Below, piece after piece: positions 37,734 to 46,295 of a DNA stretch of 46,295 bases (the first letter of the stretch is position 1; every line of letters begins with the position of its first letter). A program made the translations under genes and the position numbers. The stretch covers positions 1 to 46,295 of the forward strand of contig VBFI01000050.1 of NCBI GenBank assembly GCA_005889275.1, read 5' to 3'. Below the pieces are notes generated by a model. The model had not been told where the DNA came from, did no database searches, and was given only the letters and a program-made list of their open reading frames with translations. Origin of the DNA: Chloroflexota bacterium. GTDB lineage: Bacteria > Chloroflexota > Limnocylindria > P2-11E.

Positions 37734-39188
37734 GTGCCTTCGACTCCGTCCGCCGACGCCCCGCGCATCTTCAGCGGCATCGCCGACACCTACGACCGCG
37801 TCGGAGCGATCCTCTCGTTCGGCCAGGATCCGCGCTGGCGCCACGCGCTCGTCGCCTCGGTCGCCGCGGCACCCTCCGACGTCGTGCTCGACGTCGCGAC
37901 CGGCACGGGGATGGTCGCGCGCGAGCTCGGCAGCCGCTATGGCTGTCGTGTCGTTGGCCTCGATCAGAGCGCGGACATGCTCCGCACCGCGGTCGAACGC
38001 GACGGCCACGTGCCGCTCGTTCGCGCGCGCGCCGAACGGCTGCCATTCCCCGACGAGTCCTTCGACCATCTCACCTTCACCTATCTCCTGCGCTACGTCG
38101 ACGACCCCGCCGCGACGATGCGCGAGCTGGCGCGCGTCGTGAAGCCCGGCGGGCGGATCGCGATGCTCGAGTTCGGCGTCCCCAGCGGGCCGCTCCTTTG
38201 GGCATGGCGCCTTTGGACCCGCGTCGGGCTGCCGGTCCTCGGCCGACTCGTCTCGGAGCGATGGAGCGATGTCGGCGCGTTCCTTGGCCCGAGCATCGAG
38301 CGCTTCTACGCGGCCCATCCGCAAGACGAGGTCGAACGGTCCTGGCGTGACGCCGGGATGCGCGACCTCCGCGTCGCGCGCATGAGCCTCGGGGGTGGCG
38401 TCGTCATGAGCGCGACGAAGGCGGCCGCCGGCCCCGCCGCGACCGAGACGCTAAGACCGGCGGCGCCGCCGGAGCGAGCGGCCTTCTACGCGCTCGCACC
38501 CGGCGGAGCGCGCGACTACTGGACGTTGCTGCATCCGCCCTACACCGCCTGGCATCTGTCGTACGTGCTGCTCGGTGCCTCGCTCGCGCCGGCGCCCGAT
38601 CCGCGGATCGTCGCGGGCGCACTTCTGGCCTTTTTCCTCGGAGTCGGCGTCGCGGCGCACTCCTTTGACGAGCTGCAGGGTCGGCCGCTCGGGACGCGGA
38701 TCCCGTCCGGGGTGCTCGTCGTGCTCGGCTCCTTCGGGTTGCTCGGAGCGGTCGCGCTCGGTCTCGTCGCGGCGGCACAGGTCGGCGGCGGTCTTCTCGT
38801 CTTCGTCGTGGCCGGCGCCGCGCTCGTCCTGCTGTACGGCCTCGAGGCGCCGCTCGTGCACTCGGACCTCGGCTTCGCGTTGGGCTGGGGAGGCTTCCCG
38901 GTGATGACCGCCGCTTTCGCGACCGGCGCGCCGCCAGTCCCGGCGGCGCTCGTGGCGGTCGCTGCCTCGCTCCTCAGCCTCGCGCAGCGGCGCCTCTCCA
39001 CGCCGGTGCGCCGCATCCGTCGCCGGGCGACCGCGATCACCGGCGTCGTGCGGTACCGCGATGGCTCCACCGAGGCGCTCGGTCGGGACGCCCTGCTCGC
39101 CGCACCGGAGGCCGCGCTCCGGCTCCTCTGGCTCGCGGCGGTGACCCTCTCGGTGGGTATGCTCGCCGCGCGCTGGATCGGCCGGTAG
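37734..39188 (+). CDS. Fusion of UbiE/MenG-like class I SAM methyltransferase and UbiA-like polytopic membrane domain
   Basis: N-half: YDRVGAILSFGQDPRWR, VLDVATGTG, LPFPDESFD, RELARVVKPGG. Ala/Pro linker. C-half hydrophobic with LHPPYTAWHLSY and HSFDELQGRPL. One continuous frame. Confidence 0.75.
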   Translation: MPSTPSADAPRIFSGIADTYDRVGAILSFGQDPRWRHALVASVAAAPSDVVLDVATGTGMVARELGSRYGCRVVGLDQSADMLRTAVERDGHVPLVRARAERLPFPDESFDHLTFTYLLRYVDDPAATMRELARVVKPGGRIAMLEFGVPSGPLLWAWRLWTRVGLPVLGRLVSERWSDVGAFLGPSIERFYAAHPQDEVERSWRDAGMRDLRVARMSLGGGVVMSATKAAAGPAATETLRPAAPPERAAFYALAPGGARDYWTLLHPPYTAWHLSYVLLGASLAPAPDPRIVAGALLAFFLGVGVAAHSFDELQGRPLGTRIPSGVLVVLGSFGLLGAVALGLVAAAQVGGGLLVFVVAGAALVLLYGLEAPLVHSDLGFALGWGGFPVMTAAFATGAPPVPAALVAVAASLLSLAQRRLSTPVRRIRRRATAITGVVRYRDGSTEALGRDALLAAPEAALRLLWLAAVTLSVGMLAARWIGR

Positions 39189-39198
39189 CCTTCGCTCG

Positions 39199-40302
39199 AT
39201 GATCCCGCTCGCGACGCTGCGCGCCGCGCCGAAGGTCCTTCTCCACGACCACCTCGACGGCGGGCTGCGGCCCTCCACCGTGGTCGAGCTTGCGCGCGAG
39301 CTGCGCTACGAGGGCCTGCCCACCAAAGACCCCGACGAGCTCGGACGCTGGTTCCACGCGAGCGCGGCTTCTGGATCGCTCGCGCTCTACCTCCGTGGCT
39401 TCGCGCACACGATCGCGGTCATGCAGACCGCGGAGGCGATCGAGCGTGTCGCATACGAATGCGGCGAGGACCTCGCGCGCGACGGCGTCGTGTACGCGGA
39501 GGTGCGCTACGCGCCGGTGTTCCACACCGAACGGGGCCTGAACCTCGAGCAGGTCGTCATCGCGGTCGAGCGCGGCTTCGCGCGAGCCGAGCGCGATCAT
39601 CAGATCAGCCTCCGCCAGATCATCTGCGCGATGCGCGATCGGACCGACTCGCTCGAGATGGCGGAGCTGGCGATCGCGAACCGCGACCGTGGCGTCGTCG
39701 GCTTCGACATCGCCGGCGAGGAGGCGGGTCATCCGCCCAAGGCGCATCTCGAGGCGTTCCATCTCTGCCACCGCGAGAACTTCTCGGTGACGATCCACGC
39801 GGGCGAGGCCTTCGGGCCGCCCTCGATCTGGCAGGCTCTCCAGTACTGCGGCGCGCACCGCATCGGGCACGGCGTGCGCCTCGTCGAGGACATGGCCATC
39901 GACGGCGGCAAGGTCGTGAAAGTGGGTCCGCTCGCGCAGTACGTGAAGGACAAACGGATCCCGCTCGAGCTCTGCCCGTCGTCCAACGTGGACACGGGCG
40001 CTGTGCCGACCCTCGCGGAGCATCCGATCCGCCATTTCATCGCCGAGCGCTTTCGGGTGACCGTGAACACCGACAACCGGCTCATGTCCAACGTGACCCT
40101 GTCCGAGGAGCTCCAGCGCCTGTCGCGCGTCGTCGGTCTGACGCTCGCGGACGTCGAACGTCTCTCGATCAACGCGATGAAGAGCGCGTTCGCGGGATAC
40201 GACGAGCGCGTCGCGATCATCTACGCGCGCATCAAGCCTGGCTACGCGCGCCTTCGCGGTGAACCCGCTCTCGCCGGCTATCCACTGCCGCCCAGCGCTT
40301 AA
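39199..40302 (+). CDS. add: Adenosine deaminase
   Basis: LLHDHLDGG, YAEVRYAP, GFDIAGEE, TIHAGE, RIGHG, CPSSN and VNTDN motifs; TAGCCT 7 nt before the ATG. Confidence 0.92.
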   Translation: MIPLATLRAAPKVLLHDHLDGGLRPSTVVELARELRYEGLPTKDPDELGRWFHASAASGSLALYLRGFAHTIAVMQTAEAIERVAYECGEDLARDGVVYAEVRYAPVFHTERGLNLEQVVIAVERGFARAERDHQISLRQIICAMRDRTDSLEMAELAIANRDRGVVGFDIAGEEAGHPPKAHLEAFHLCHRENFSVTIHAGEAFGPPSIWQALQYCGAHRIGHGVRLVEDMAIDGGKVVKVGPLAQYVKDKRIPLELCPSSNVDTGAVPTLAEHPIRHFIAERFRVTVNTDNRLMSNVTLSEELQRLSRVVGLTLADVERLSINAMKSAFAGYDERVAIIYARIKPGYARLRGEPALAGYPLPPSA

Positions 40303-40462
40303 CCTTCTCGCGACCTCTTTACCCCGCGTTGACGGACCATCCATTGACCCGCGCTGCGACCAAGACGAAACGCATCCGGATTCGTCATCGACTCATCCTT
40401 TCGCCCTAGTCACCTCGTAGCACGCGGTCACGGGACACGAGAGATTTTGGGGATGGTGGGCG

Positions 40463-40930
40463 ATGAGACTGAGTTCGGCTGGGCGATTCCTTTCGGGCGT
40501 CGCGTTCTCGATCGCGTTCGTCGTGTCAAGCGTTCTGCTCGGCGCCGGGGCGTCGGCAAGTCCGCAGTGGTGTGAAGAGGACCCCACGTTCGTGGTGAAC
40601 GGCGCACTCGTCGACGTCTCGACGACCTTCGCGTACGAGTACGCGGGCTCGGTGAAGGGTCCGGTGGAGTTCGAGCTTCTCGTTCCGTCGAACGTCGTGG
40701 CGGCGGTGGTCTCGCTCCCCGGCACGGTCCCGGTCACCGCGAAGATCACCCGCTCGCTTCCGGCGACGGGGCTGCTCTTCATACCGGTCGTTGTCAAGGT
40801 GACCGTTCCGGCGACGGCCAGCTTCGCCACGTCGACCCGCATCACGGGGACGTACCTCTGGCTGAGCTCGAAGGCCGCCGGCAAGTCGAACACGACGACC
40901 AAGGTGAGCGTCACGCTGATCGGGCTGTAG
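40463..40930 (+). CDS. Secreted hypothetical protein (WCxxDP motif after signal peptide)
   Basis: Signal peptide ending ASA, mature start SPQWCEEDPTFVVNG, beta-strand-rich body. Confidence 0.7.
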   Translation: MRLSSAGRFLSGVAFSIAFVVSSVLLGAGASASPQWCEEDPTFVVNGALVDVSTTFAYEYAGSVKGPVEFELLVPSNVVAAVVSLPGTVPVTAKITRSLPATGLLFIPVVVKVTVPATASFATSTRITGTYLWLSSKAAGKSNTTTKVSVTLIGL

Positions 40931-41407
40931 CCCGTGTCGCGCCTTCGCTGGCCGCTTCGGCTCTACATCCTCGCGGTCCTCGGCGCGGCGCTCATCGCCC
41001 TCCCGGTGAGCGCCGCGTTCCGAGCCGACCTCCGGGCGCCGGACACGGTCATCCTCGCGCTCGTCACCGCGATGGCCACCCGCTCGCTTCCGGCGACGGG
41101 GCTGCTCTTCATACCGGTCGTCGTCAAGGTGACCGTTCCGGCGACGGCCAGCTTCGCCACGTCGACCCGCATCACGGGGACGTACCTCTGGCTGAGCTCG
41201 AAGGCCGCCGGCAAGTCGAACACGACGACCAAGGTGAGCGTCACGCTGATCGGGCTGTAGCCCGTGTCGCGCCTTCGCTGGCCGCTTCGGCTCTACATCC
41301 TCGCGGTCCTCGGCGCGGCGCTCATCGCCCTCCCGGTGAGCGCCGCGTTCCGAGCCGACCTCCGGGCGCCGGACACGGTCATCCTCGCGCTCGTCACCGC
41401 GATGGCC
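40747..41407 (+). repeat. Tandem duplication, period 330 bp
   Basis: 40747-41077 is repeated at 41077-41407 with one visible mismatch (T40792 vs C41122, synonymous Val). Confidence 0.95.
40934..41260 (+). CDS. Chimeric ORF created by the duplication (HD-GYP N-terminus fused to the secreted protein C-terminus)
   Basis: First 48 aa identical to 41264..42538 and last 60 aa identical to 40463..40930; may be non-functional or an assembly artefact. Confidence 0.5.
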   Translation: MSRLRWPLRLYILAVLGAALIALPVSAAFRADLRAPDTVILALVTAMATRSLPATGLLFIPVVVKVTVPATASFATSTRITGTYLWLSSKAAGKSNTTTKVSVTLIGL

Positions 41408-42538
41408 GCGGTCGGCCAGCTCCGGCCGGTGCACCTTTCGGTCAAGGTGAAGATGACGGTCGACGAGACCGCGACCTTCGCCGCGGGTCTGCTCCTCGGA
41501 CCTTTCTACGCGATGGTCGCGACCGCGGCGGCGACGCTCATCGCCCTGCACTTCCGCGGCGTCCGGCAGCGCTGGTACAACCGCGGCTTCAATACCGCGT
41601 CGTCGATCCTCGCCACCGGCTCGGCGGCCGTCGTCTACGCGAGCATCGCGGGGCCGGGCTCCATGGTCGTCCGCGAGCCGTGGGCGATCCTGCTCGCGGC
41701 CATCACCAAGTACGTCGTGCACACCGCGCTCGTCGACGTCGTGGTCGCGCTGCAGGTCCGCCGCAATCCGCTCACCGGCTGGTGGCGCCTGCACCGCCGG
41801 CTTCTGCCGTACGAGTCGGCGCTCCTCGTCTTGGGCGCCCTCGCGGCGATCGCGGCGCAGGCGCAACCGTGGACCCTGGTCCTCTTCGCCGTGCCCATGG
41901 CGGTCGTGCTCCTGACGTTGCGCGACAGCGCCGGCGTCCGCGAGCAGACGCGCGAGGCGATCCTCGAGCTGGCGGACCTCATCGACCTGCGCGACCCGTA
42001 CACGCACGGCCACTCGCAGCGCGTCGCCGAGCTCGCGGAACGCCTCGCGAAGCGCCTGAAGCTCGAGTTCGCGCAGGTCGAGCTCATCCGCGACGCCGCG
42101 CGCGTGCACGACATCGGCAAGATCGGGACGAACGACCTGGTCCTCTTGAAGCCGGGCCCGCTCACGGAGGAGGAGCAGGCCGAGATGCGCCGACACGCGG
42201 AGATCGGTCATCGCCTGCTGAAGCGGCTCCCCGAATTCTGGGAAGGCGCCGAGCTCGTGCTGTCGCACCACGAGCGTCATGACGGCACCGGATACCCGCG
42301 CGGCCTCCGCGGCGACGAGCTCCCGCTGGAGGTCTCGATCATCTCCGTGGCCGACACCTACGACGCGATGAGCACCGACCGCCCGTATCGAAAGGGTCTC
42401 GCCTGGGACGTGGTACGCGCGGAGCTCATCCGTCAGCGGGGCAAGCAGTGGCGCGAACGGGCCGTGGACGCGTTCATTGAGATGATGGATCAGGAGCGAC
42501 GTTCAGCGGTGCGTATCGACCGGGCATCGGCGGCGTGA
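41264..42538 (+). CDS. Membrane-bound HD-GYP cyclic-dinucleotide phosphodiesterase
   Basis: Multi-TM N-terminal half; DPYTHGHSQRV, HDIGKIG, HHERHDGTGYPRGL and VADTYDAMSTDRPYRK motifs. Confidence 0.93.
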   Translation: MSRLRWPLRLYILAVLGAALIALPVSAAFRADLRAPDTVILALVTAMAAVGQLRPVHLSVKVKMTVDETATFAAGLLLGPFYAMVATAAATLIALHFRGVRQRWYNRGFNTASSILATGSAAVVYASIAGPGSMVVREPWAILLAAITKYVVHTALVDVVVALQVRRNPLTGWWRLHRRLLPYESALLVLGALAAIAAQAQPWTLVLFAVPMAVVLLTLRDSAGVREQTREAILELADLIDLRDPYTHGHSQRVAELAERLAKRLKLEFAQVELIRDAARVHDIGKIGTNDLVLLKPGPLTEEEQAEMRRHAEIGHRLLKRLPEFWEGAELVLSHHERHDGTGYPRGLRGDELPLEVSIISVADTYDAMSTDRPYRKGLAWDVVRAELIRQRGKQWRERAVDAFIEMMDQERRSAVRIDRASAA

Positions 42539-43827
42539 GCGCCGTTCGCGTGGGCCGCCTTCGCGCTAAGTTAGCGCCGGTGACCGAGCGGCTCGAGCGC
42601 ACCTTCAACTGGGCTCGTATCGGCGGGGCCGGGCTCATCTTCGTCCTCGGGCCGCTCTTTCCGAACATCGGCATCACGTTCGTGTTCGGCCTCGGGACGT
42701 TCGTGCTCGTCTACGCCGCGCTGATTTACTTCTTCCTCCATTCGCCGCGCTTCGTCGTGTCGCTGGATCGTCTCGCCCGAACGATGTTCGTCATCGACAT
42801 CGCGATCGTCTCGTTCGGCATGCTCGTGTTCGCGTCGGACCCAAACTGGACGACGTTCGTGATCGCGAATCTCGTGATCATCGCGGGCGGCTTCCGCTTC
42901 GGCACGGCCGGGGCGTTCGCGGCGGCGGGGTCGATCTCGATCGCGTACGTGGTCATCGCGGCATTCCGCTCGGAAACCTATGGCCTCACCGTCGAACCGC
43001 CGCGGCTCGCGTTCCACGTGAGCGTGTTCATCCTGGCCGCGTACCTCATGTCCGGGATCCTGCGCGAGCTCGAGGCGCTCCGCGCGCAGCGCGAGAAGTT
43101 CGTCCGGCAGGCCGCGGAGGCGACCGCGCTGCGCCAGGCCGATCGGATCAAAAGCGAGTTCCTCGCCGCGATGTCGCACGACTTCCGCAGCCCCCTCACC
43201 GTGGTGCGCGGCGCGGTGGAGCTGCTCCTCGGAGAGCGGCCCGGGTCGCTCACCGCGGCGCAGCGCGAGCTCGCCGAGAGCGCCGAGCGCAACGTGAAGC
43301 GGCTCGAGGAGTTCACCGCCCAGCTGCTCGAGATGGCGCGCCTCGAAGAGGGGCAGATCGCCCTCGAGAAGGAGGATCTCGACCCCGTCGCCCTCGTCCG
43401 CGACGTGGTCGCGGACCACGCGGTCCTCGCCAAGCAGCGCAAGCAATGGATCTCCCTCGACGTGGATACCGATCCGCCCCACGTCGTCGCCGACCGGAGC
43501 CGCATCCAGCAGGCCCTCGCGAACGTGATCGTGAACGCCATTCGGTATGCGCCTATGGGAACGCCGATCCTCGTCGCAGCCCACCGAAGCGGCGACGCGA
43601 TGCGCATCGAGGTCCGCGACCACGGGCCCGGCATCCCGGCACAGGACCGCCAGCGCATCTTCGACAAATTCTTCCGCGGGCAGACGGCGGACGGCACACC
43701 GGGCTCGGGACTCGGACTCGCGATCGCGAAATCGCTCGTTACGCTTCACGGCGGCACGCTGGTGTATGAGGAGAACCCCGGTGGCGGCGCCGCGTTCGTG
43801 ACCTCGCTCCCACTCGCCGCGCAGTGA
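42535..43827 (+). CDS. Membrane sensor histidine kinase
   Basis: About 5-6 TM segments; MSHDFRSPL H-box, NVIVNAIRY, DHGPG and GSGLGL motifs; GTGA overlap. Confidence 0.93.
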   Translation: MSAVRVGRLRAKLAPVTERLERTFNWARIGGAGLIFVLGPLFPNIGITFVFGLGTFVLVYAALIYFFLHSPRFVVSLDRLARTMFVIDIAIVSFGMLVFASDPNWTTFVIANLVIIAGGFRFGTAGAFAAAGSISIAYVVIAAFRSETYGLTVEPPRLAFHVSVFILAAYLMSGILRELEALRAQREKFVRQAAEATALRQADRIKSEFLAAMSHDFRSPLTVVRGAVELLLGERPGSLTAAQRELAESAERNVKRLEEFTAQLLEMARLEEGQIALEKEDLDPVALVRDVVADHAVLAKQRKQWISLDVDTDPPHVVADRSRIQQALANVIVNAIRYAPMGTPILVAAHRSGDAMRIEVRDHGPGIPAQDRQRIFDKFFRGQTADGTPGSGLGLAIAKSLVTLHGGTLVYEENPGGGAAFVTSLPLAAQ

Positions 43828-44519
43828 CGAAGGTCCTGATCGTCGACGACGAGCCGGACGTCCGATCGCTCGTACGGAGCTCGCTCGCCCTCGCGCGCCA
43901 GGATATGACCGCGATCGAGGCGGCCGACGGCGACGAAGCGCTGTCGATGATCTACACCGACCGGCCGGACCTCGTCGTCCTCGACCTCGCGCTTCCGCGG
44001 CGCGACGGCTTCAGCGTCCTGGAGCAGGTCCGGCAGAAGACCGACCTGCCGATCATCGTGCTCACCGCGCGCGGCCTCGAGGAAGACAAGATCAAGGGTC
44101 TGCAGCTCGGTGCCGACGACTACCTGACGAAGCCGTTTTCGCCGGGGGAGCTCGTCGCCCGGATCGAGAGCGTCCTGCGGCGGAGCGTCCCGCGCGAGCG
44201 GAAGTCCGGCGTCGTGGAGACGCACGACCTCGTCCTTGACCTCGCCGCACGGCGCGTGCGCCGCGGAGGAAAGGACATCCACTTCACCCCGACCGAATTC
44301 AACCTCCTCGCGGAGCTCGCGACGCACCCGGGCGAGGCGCTCACGCACGAGACGCTGCTCACGAGGGTCTGGGGCACCGAGTACCGCTACGAGACGCAGT
44401 ACCTGAAGGTGTACGTCGGCCGGCTCCGCGAGAAGATCGAGCCGAACCCGAACGATCCGCGGCTCATCCAGACGGTCCGCGGAGTGGGCTACCGGTTCGC
44501 CTCGCCAGACGAGGCCTGA
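43824..44519 (+). CDS. OmpR/KdpE-like response regulator
   Basis: Canonical VDD, VLDL, LTA, TKPF receiver plus winged helix (YLKVYVGRLREKIE...TVRGVGYRF). Confidence 0.93.
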   Translation: MTKVLIVDDEPDVRSLVRSSLALARQDMTAIEAADGDEALSMIYTDRPDLVVLDLALPRRDGFSVLEQVRQKTDLPIIVLTARGLEEDKIKGLQLGADDYLTKPFSPGELVARIESVLRRSVPRERKSGVVETHDLVLDLAARRVRRGGKDIHFTPTEFNLLAELATHPGEALTHETLLTRVWGTEYRYETQYLKVYVGRLREKIEPNPNDPRLIQTVRGVGYRFASPDEA

Positions 44520-44547
44520 TCACGCGGGAACGGGCGCGTCGCGCGGG

Positions 44548-45573
44548 CTACTTCAGCCAGACCAGATCGCCGAAGAAGAAGTCCTGTCCTTGTATGAGCG
44601 TCCGCACGTTTCCGTTCGCGTTGGTGACCACGAAGAACGCGCCGGTCCCGACGTAGGCGATCTCGTTGCCCGTCGGCGACCACGCCGGGACGACGTCGTC
44701 GCCGGTCGTCGCGATCGTCTTCACGCTCGATCCGTCACACGGCGCGATGTCGAGATCCGACGGGATGTTGAGGTGCGCGAGCCCGGGCTTGTGCGCGCCC
44801 GCCGGCAAGTTCGCGCCCGCGACGTAGGGGGCGGGTGCCGCGGTGACGCTGTGCCCGGCAGCGGAGAAGACGATCTGGCAGCCCACCGGACCGAAGCGCG
44901 GCGCCTGCATGTACCACCAGGTGTCCTTCGTCTTGAAGAAGGGGCGCGCGTCGGTGCCGTCCACGTTCGCGCGCCAGAGGCCGTCGGGCTGGCCCTGCGT
45001 GAGGTGCACGTAGACGATCCACGTCCCGTCGGGCGACAGAGCCGGGTCGGCGCCATCGCGCACGACCTGTTTGCGCTCGCCGCTCCGCAGATCGAGGCGA
45101 AAGATGCCGTCCTCGTTGCCGATGAAGGAGCCGCCCTGGATGAGCGCCGCGCGCCGGTGGAAATAGAGCACGTTGCCGGTGGAGTCGAAGCGCGGGCTCG
45201 CGTAGAAGACGTTGTCCGCCTCGTGCTCGACGACCGGGCGCAGCCCGGTTCCGTCCAGGTTCACGGTGAAGAGATCGGATCCGAACCCGGTCTTCTTGTT
45301 CGGCTGCTGCGTGATCGCGAACACGAGCGACTTCCCGGAGGGGTGCAGGGTCGGCGTCGCCGGTGCGCTCTGCGGCGGCAGGTCCACGACCCGGCCGAGC
45401 GCGTGCCCGGTGCCGTCGAGCGCGAGGAGGCCCGCCGGATTCGCGAGCACGAAGTTCGCGTTCTGGCCGACGCCCTGACCGCTCGGTGGGGGCGGCGGAG
45501 GCGCGGTCACGCAGGCGACGAACGCGCCACCCGCGACGAGCAGAGCCGCGATGTACGCGGCGCGACGCCTCAT
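44548..45573 (-). CDS. TolB-like/PD40 beta-propeller lipoprotein
   Basis: MRRRAAYIAALLVAGGAFVAC lipobox, poly-Pro linker, repeated PxxSPDG/PAWSPTG blades; ATGA overlap with the GH15 stop. Confidence 0.8.
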   Translation of the reverse strand: MRRRAAYIAALLVAGGAFVACVTAPPPPPPSGQGVGQNANFVLANPAGLLALDGTGHALGRVVDLPPQSAPATPTLHPSGKSLVFAITQQPNKKTGFGSDLFTVNLDGTGLRPVVEHEADNVFYASPRFDSTGNVLYFHRRAALIQGGSFIGNEDGIFRLDLRSGERKQVVRDGADPALSPDGTWIVYVHLTQGQPDGLWRANVDGTDARPFFKTKDTWWYMQAPRFGPVGCQIVFSAAGHSVTAAPAPYVAGANLPAGAHKPGLAHLNIPSDLDIAPCDGSSVKTIATTGDDVVPAWSPTGNEIAYVGTGAFFVVTNANGNVRTLIQGQDFFFGDLVWLK

Positions 45574-46295
45574 ACGATCACCTCGCCGGCGCGACGGACC
45601 TGCGCTCGCACGCGGTCCTTGATCGCGCTCGACCTGCGAGCGTACCTCTGGACCGCGCTCACGAACGCGGCGTGAGACCAGGTGAGGGGGGAGACCGACA
45701 GCGGCTCGCCGGTGTACGGGTGCACCTGCTCGGAGAGGACCCCCGAGGGGAGCGCTCTCGTCGCGCACCACTCGAGGAACGCGCGAGGCGCGGCGAGACC
45801 GTCGGCGTTCTCGGCGAGGGCGATGTAGTGCTCGGTGAGCCAGAGCGTCGCGACGAACCACGGATTCCCGGGGACATTCGGGATGTCCGTCGAGACCTGG
45901 AAGTACGAGTCATTCTCGTAGCGGGCGAGCCCGCCGACCGGCGTCCGCACGGTGAGACGGTCCTCGACGGCGCGCATCGTCGAGACGACGCGCGAATCGC
46001 TCGCCGGGAGGAGGCCGAAGAGGAAGATCCCCGCCAGCGAGATGTCGATCGTCGCGTCCTTCACGACCGTCCCGTCGGGGAGCACGTTGATCGTGCGGAC
46101 GAACCGCCCGCGCTCGGCGTCCCAGAGATGTTGCAGCGCGGCCTCACGGATCTCCGTCGCGGCCACGGCGTACCGCTTGGCGAGCTCGTGCTGCCCGAAC
46201 GCGACCGCGAAGTTGCGAGCCGCCGTGAGTCCCGCCCAGACCGCCGCCGTCGTGAACGCATGGATGCCACGGCGCTCCTCCCAGAGATCGAACGA
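45570..46295 (-). CDS. Glycoside hydrolase family 15 (glucoamylase/trehalase-like), 5' part outside the window
   Basis: Open frame from the window edge: FDLWEERRGIHAFT, GGLARYENDSY, GNPWFVATLWL and GVLSEQVHPYTGEPLSVSPLTWSHAAF motifs. Confidence 0.9.
   Translation of the reverse strand, partial: SFDLWEERRGIHAFTTAAVWAGLTAARNFAVAFGQHELAKRYAVAATEIREAALQHLWDAERGRFVRTINVLPDGTVVKDATIDISLAGIFLFGLLPASDSRVVSTMRAVEDRLTVRTPVGGLARYENDSYFQVSTDIPNVPGNPWFVATLWLTEHYIALAENADGLAAPRAFLEWCATRALPSGVLSEQVHPYTGEPLSVSPLTWSHAAFVSAVQRYARRSSAIKDRVRAQVRRAGEVIV

Overview
High-GC bacterial chromosomal segment with about 44 plausible CDS. The protein style (pyr operon variants, WCxxDP secreted protein, multi-GAF kinase) suggests a Chloroflexota-like soil/freshwater organism; that assignment is inference only. 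No rRNA, tRNA, CRISPR array or mobile element was seen. Left part: TfoX-like protein, a non-RD membrane Ser/Thr kinase, an exported repeat protein, glgA coupled to a GalT/HIT-fold gene, a degenerate Nudix protein, a Zn-finger microprotein and an M23 peptidase. Next is a pyrimidine operon, pyrR-pyrB-pyrC-carA-(OmdA/YdeI)-carB-(lipoprotein)-(VOC)-pyrK-pyrD. It carries a PyrR-binding RNA hairpin that hides the pyrR Shine-Dalgarno in front of an apparent ACG start codon, and tandem ARG boxes over an internal carAB promoter. Two tandem atypical OmpR-type regulators follow. Then comes a ~19-kb purine catabolism supercluster (uraH-uraD-uricase; DUF3830-allantoinase-allantoate amidohydrolase-deaminase; three-subunit xanthine dehydrogenase; adenosine deaminase). 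It is interrupted by a 9-GAF histidine kinase, a single receiver and a receiver-cyclase with non-canonical active-site residues, and it contains a UbiE-like methyltransferase fused to a UbiA-like membrane domain. Right end: an operon of secreted protein, HD-GYP protein, histidine kinase and response regulator carrying a 330-bp in-frame tandem duplication, then a beta-propeller lipoprotein and a truncated GH15 gene. Many genes look leaderless (TANNNT 6-9 nt before the start codon). All family calls are from motif recognition, not database searches.
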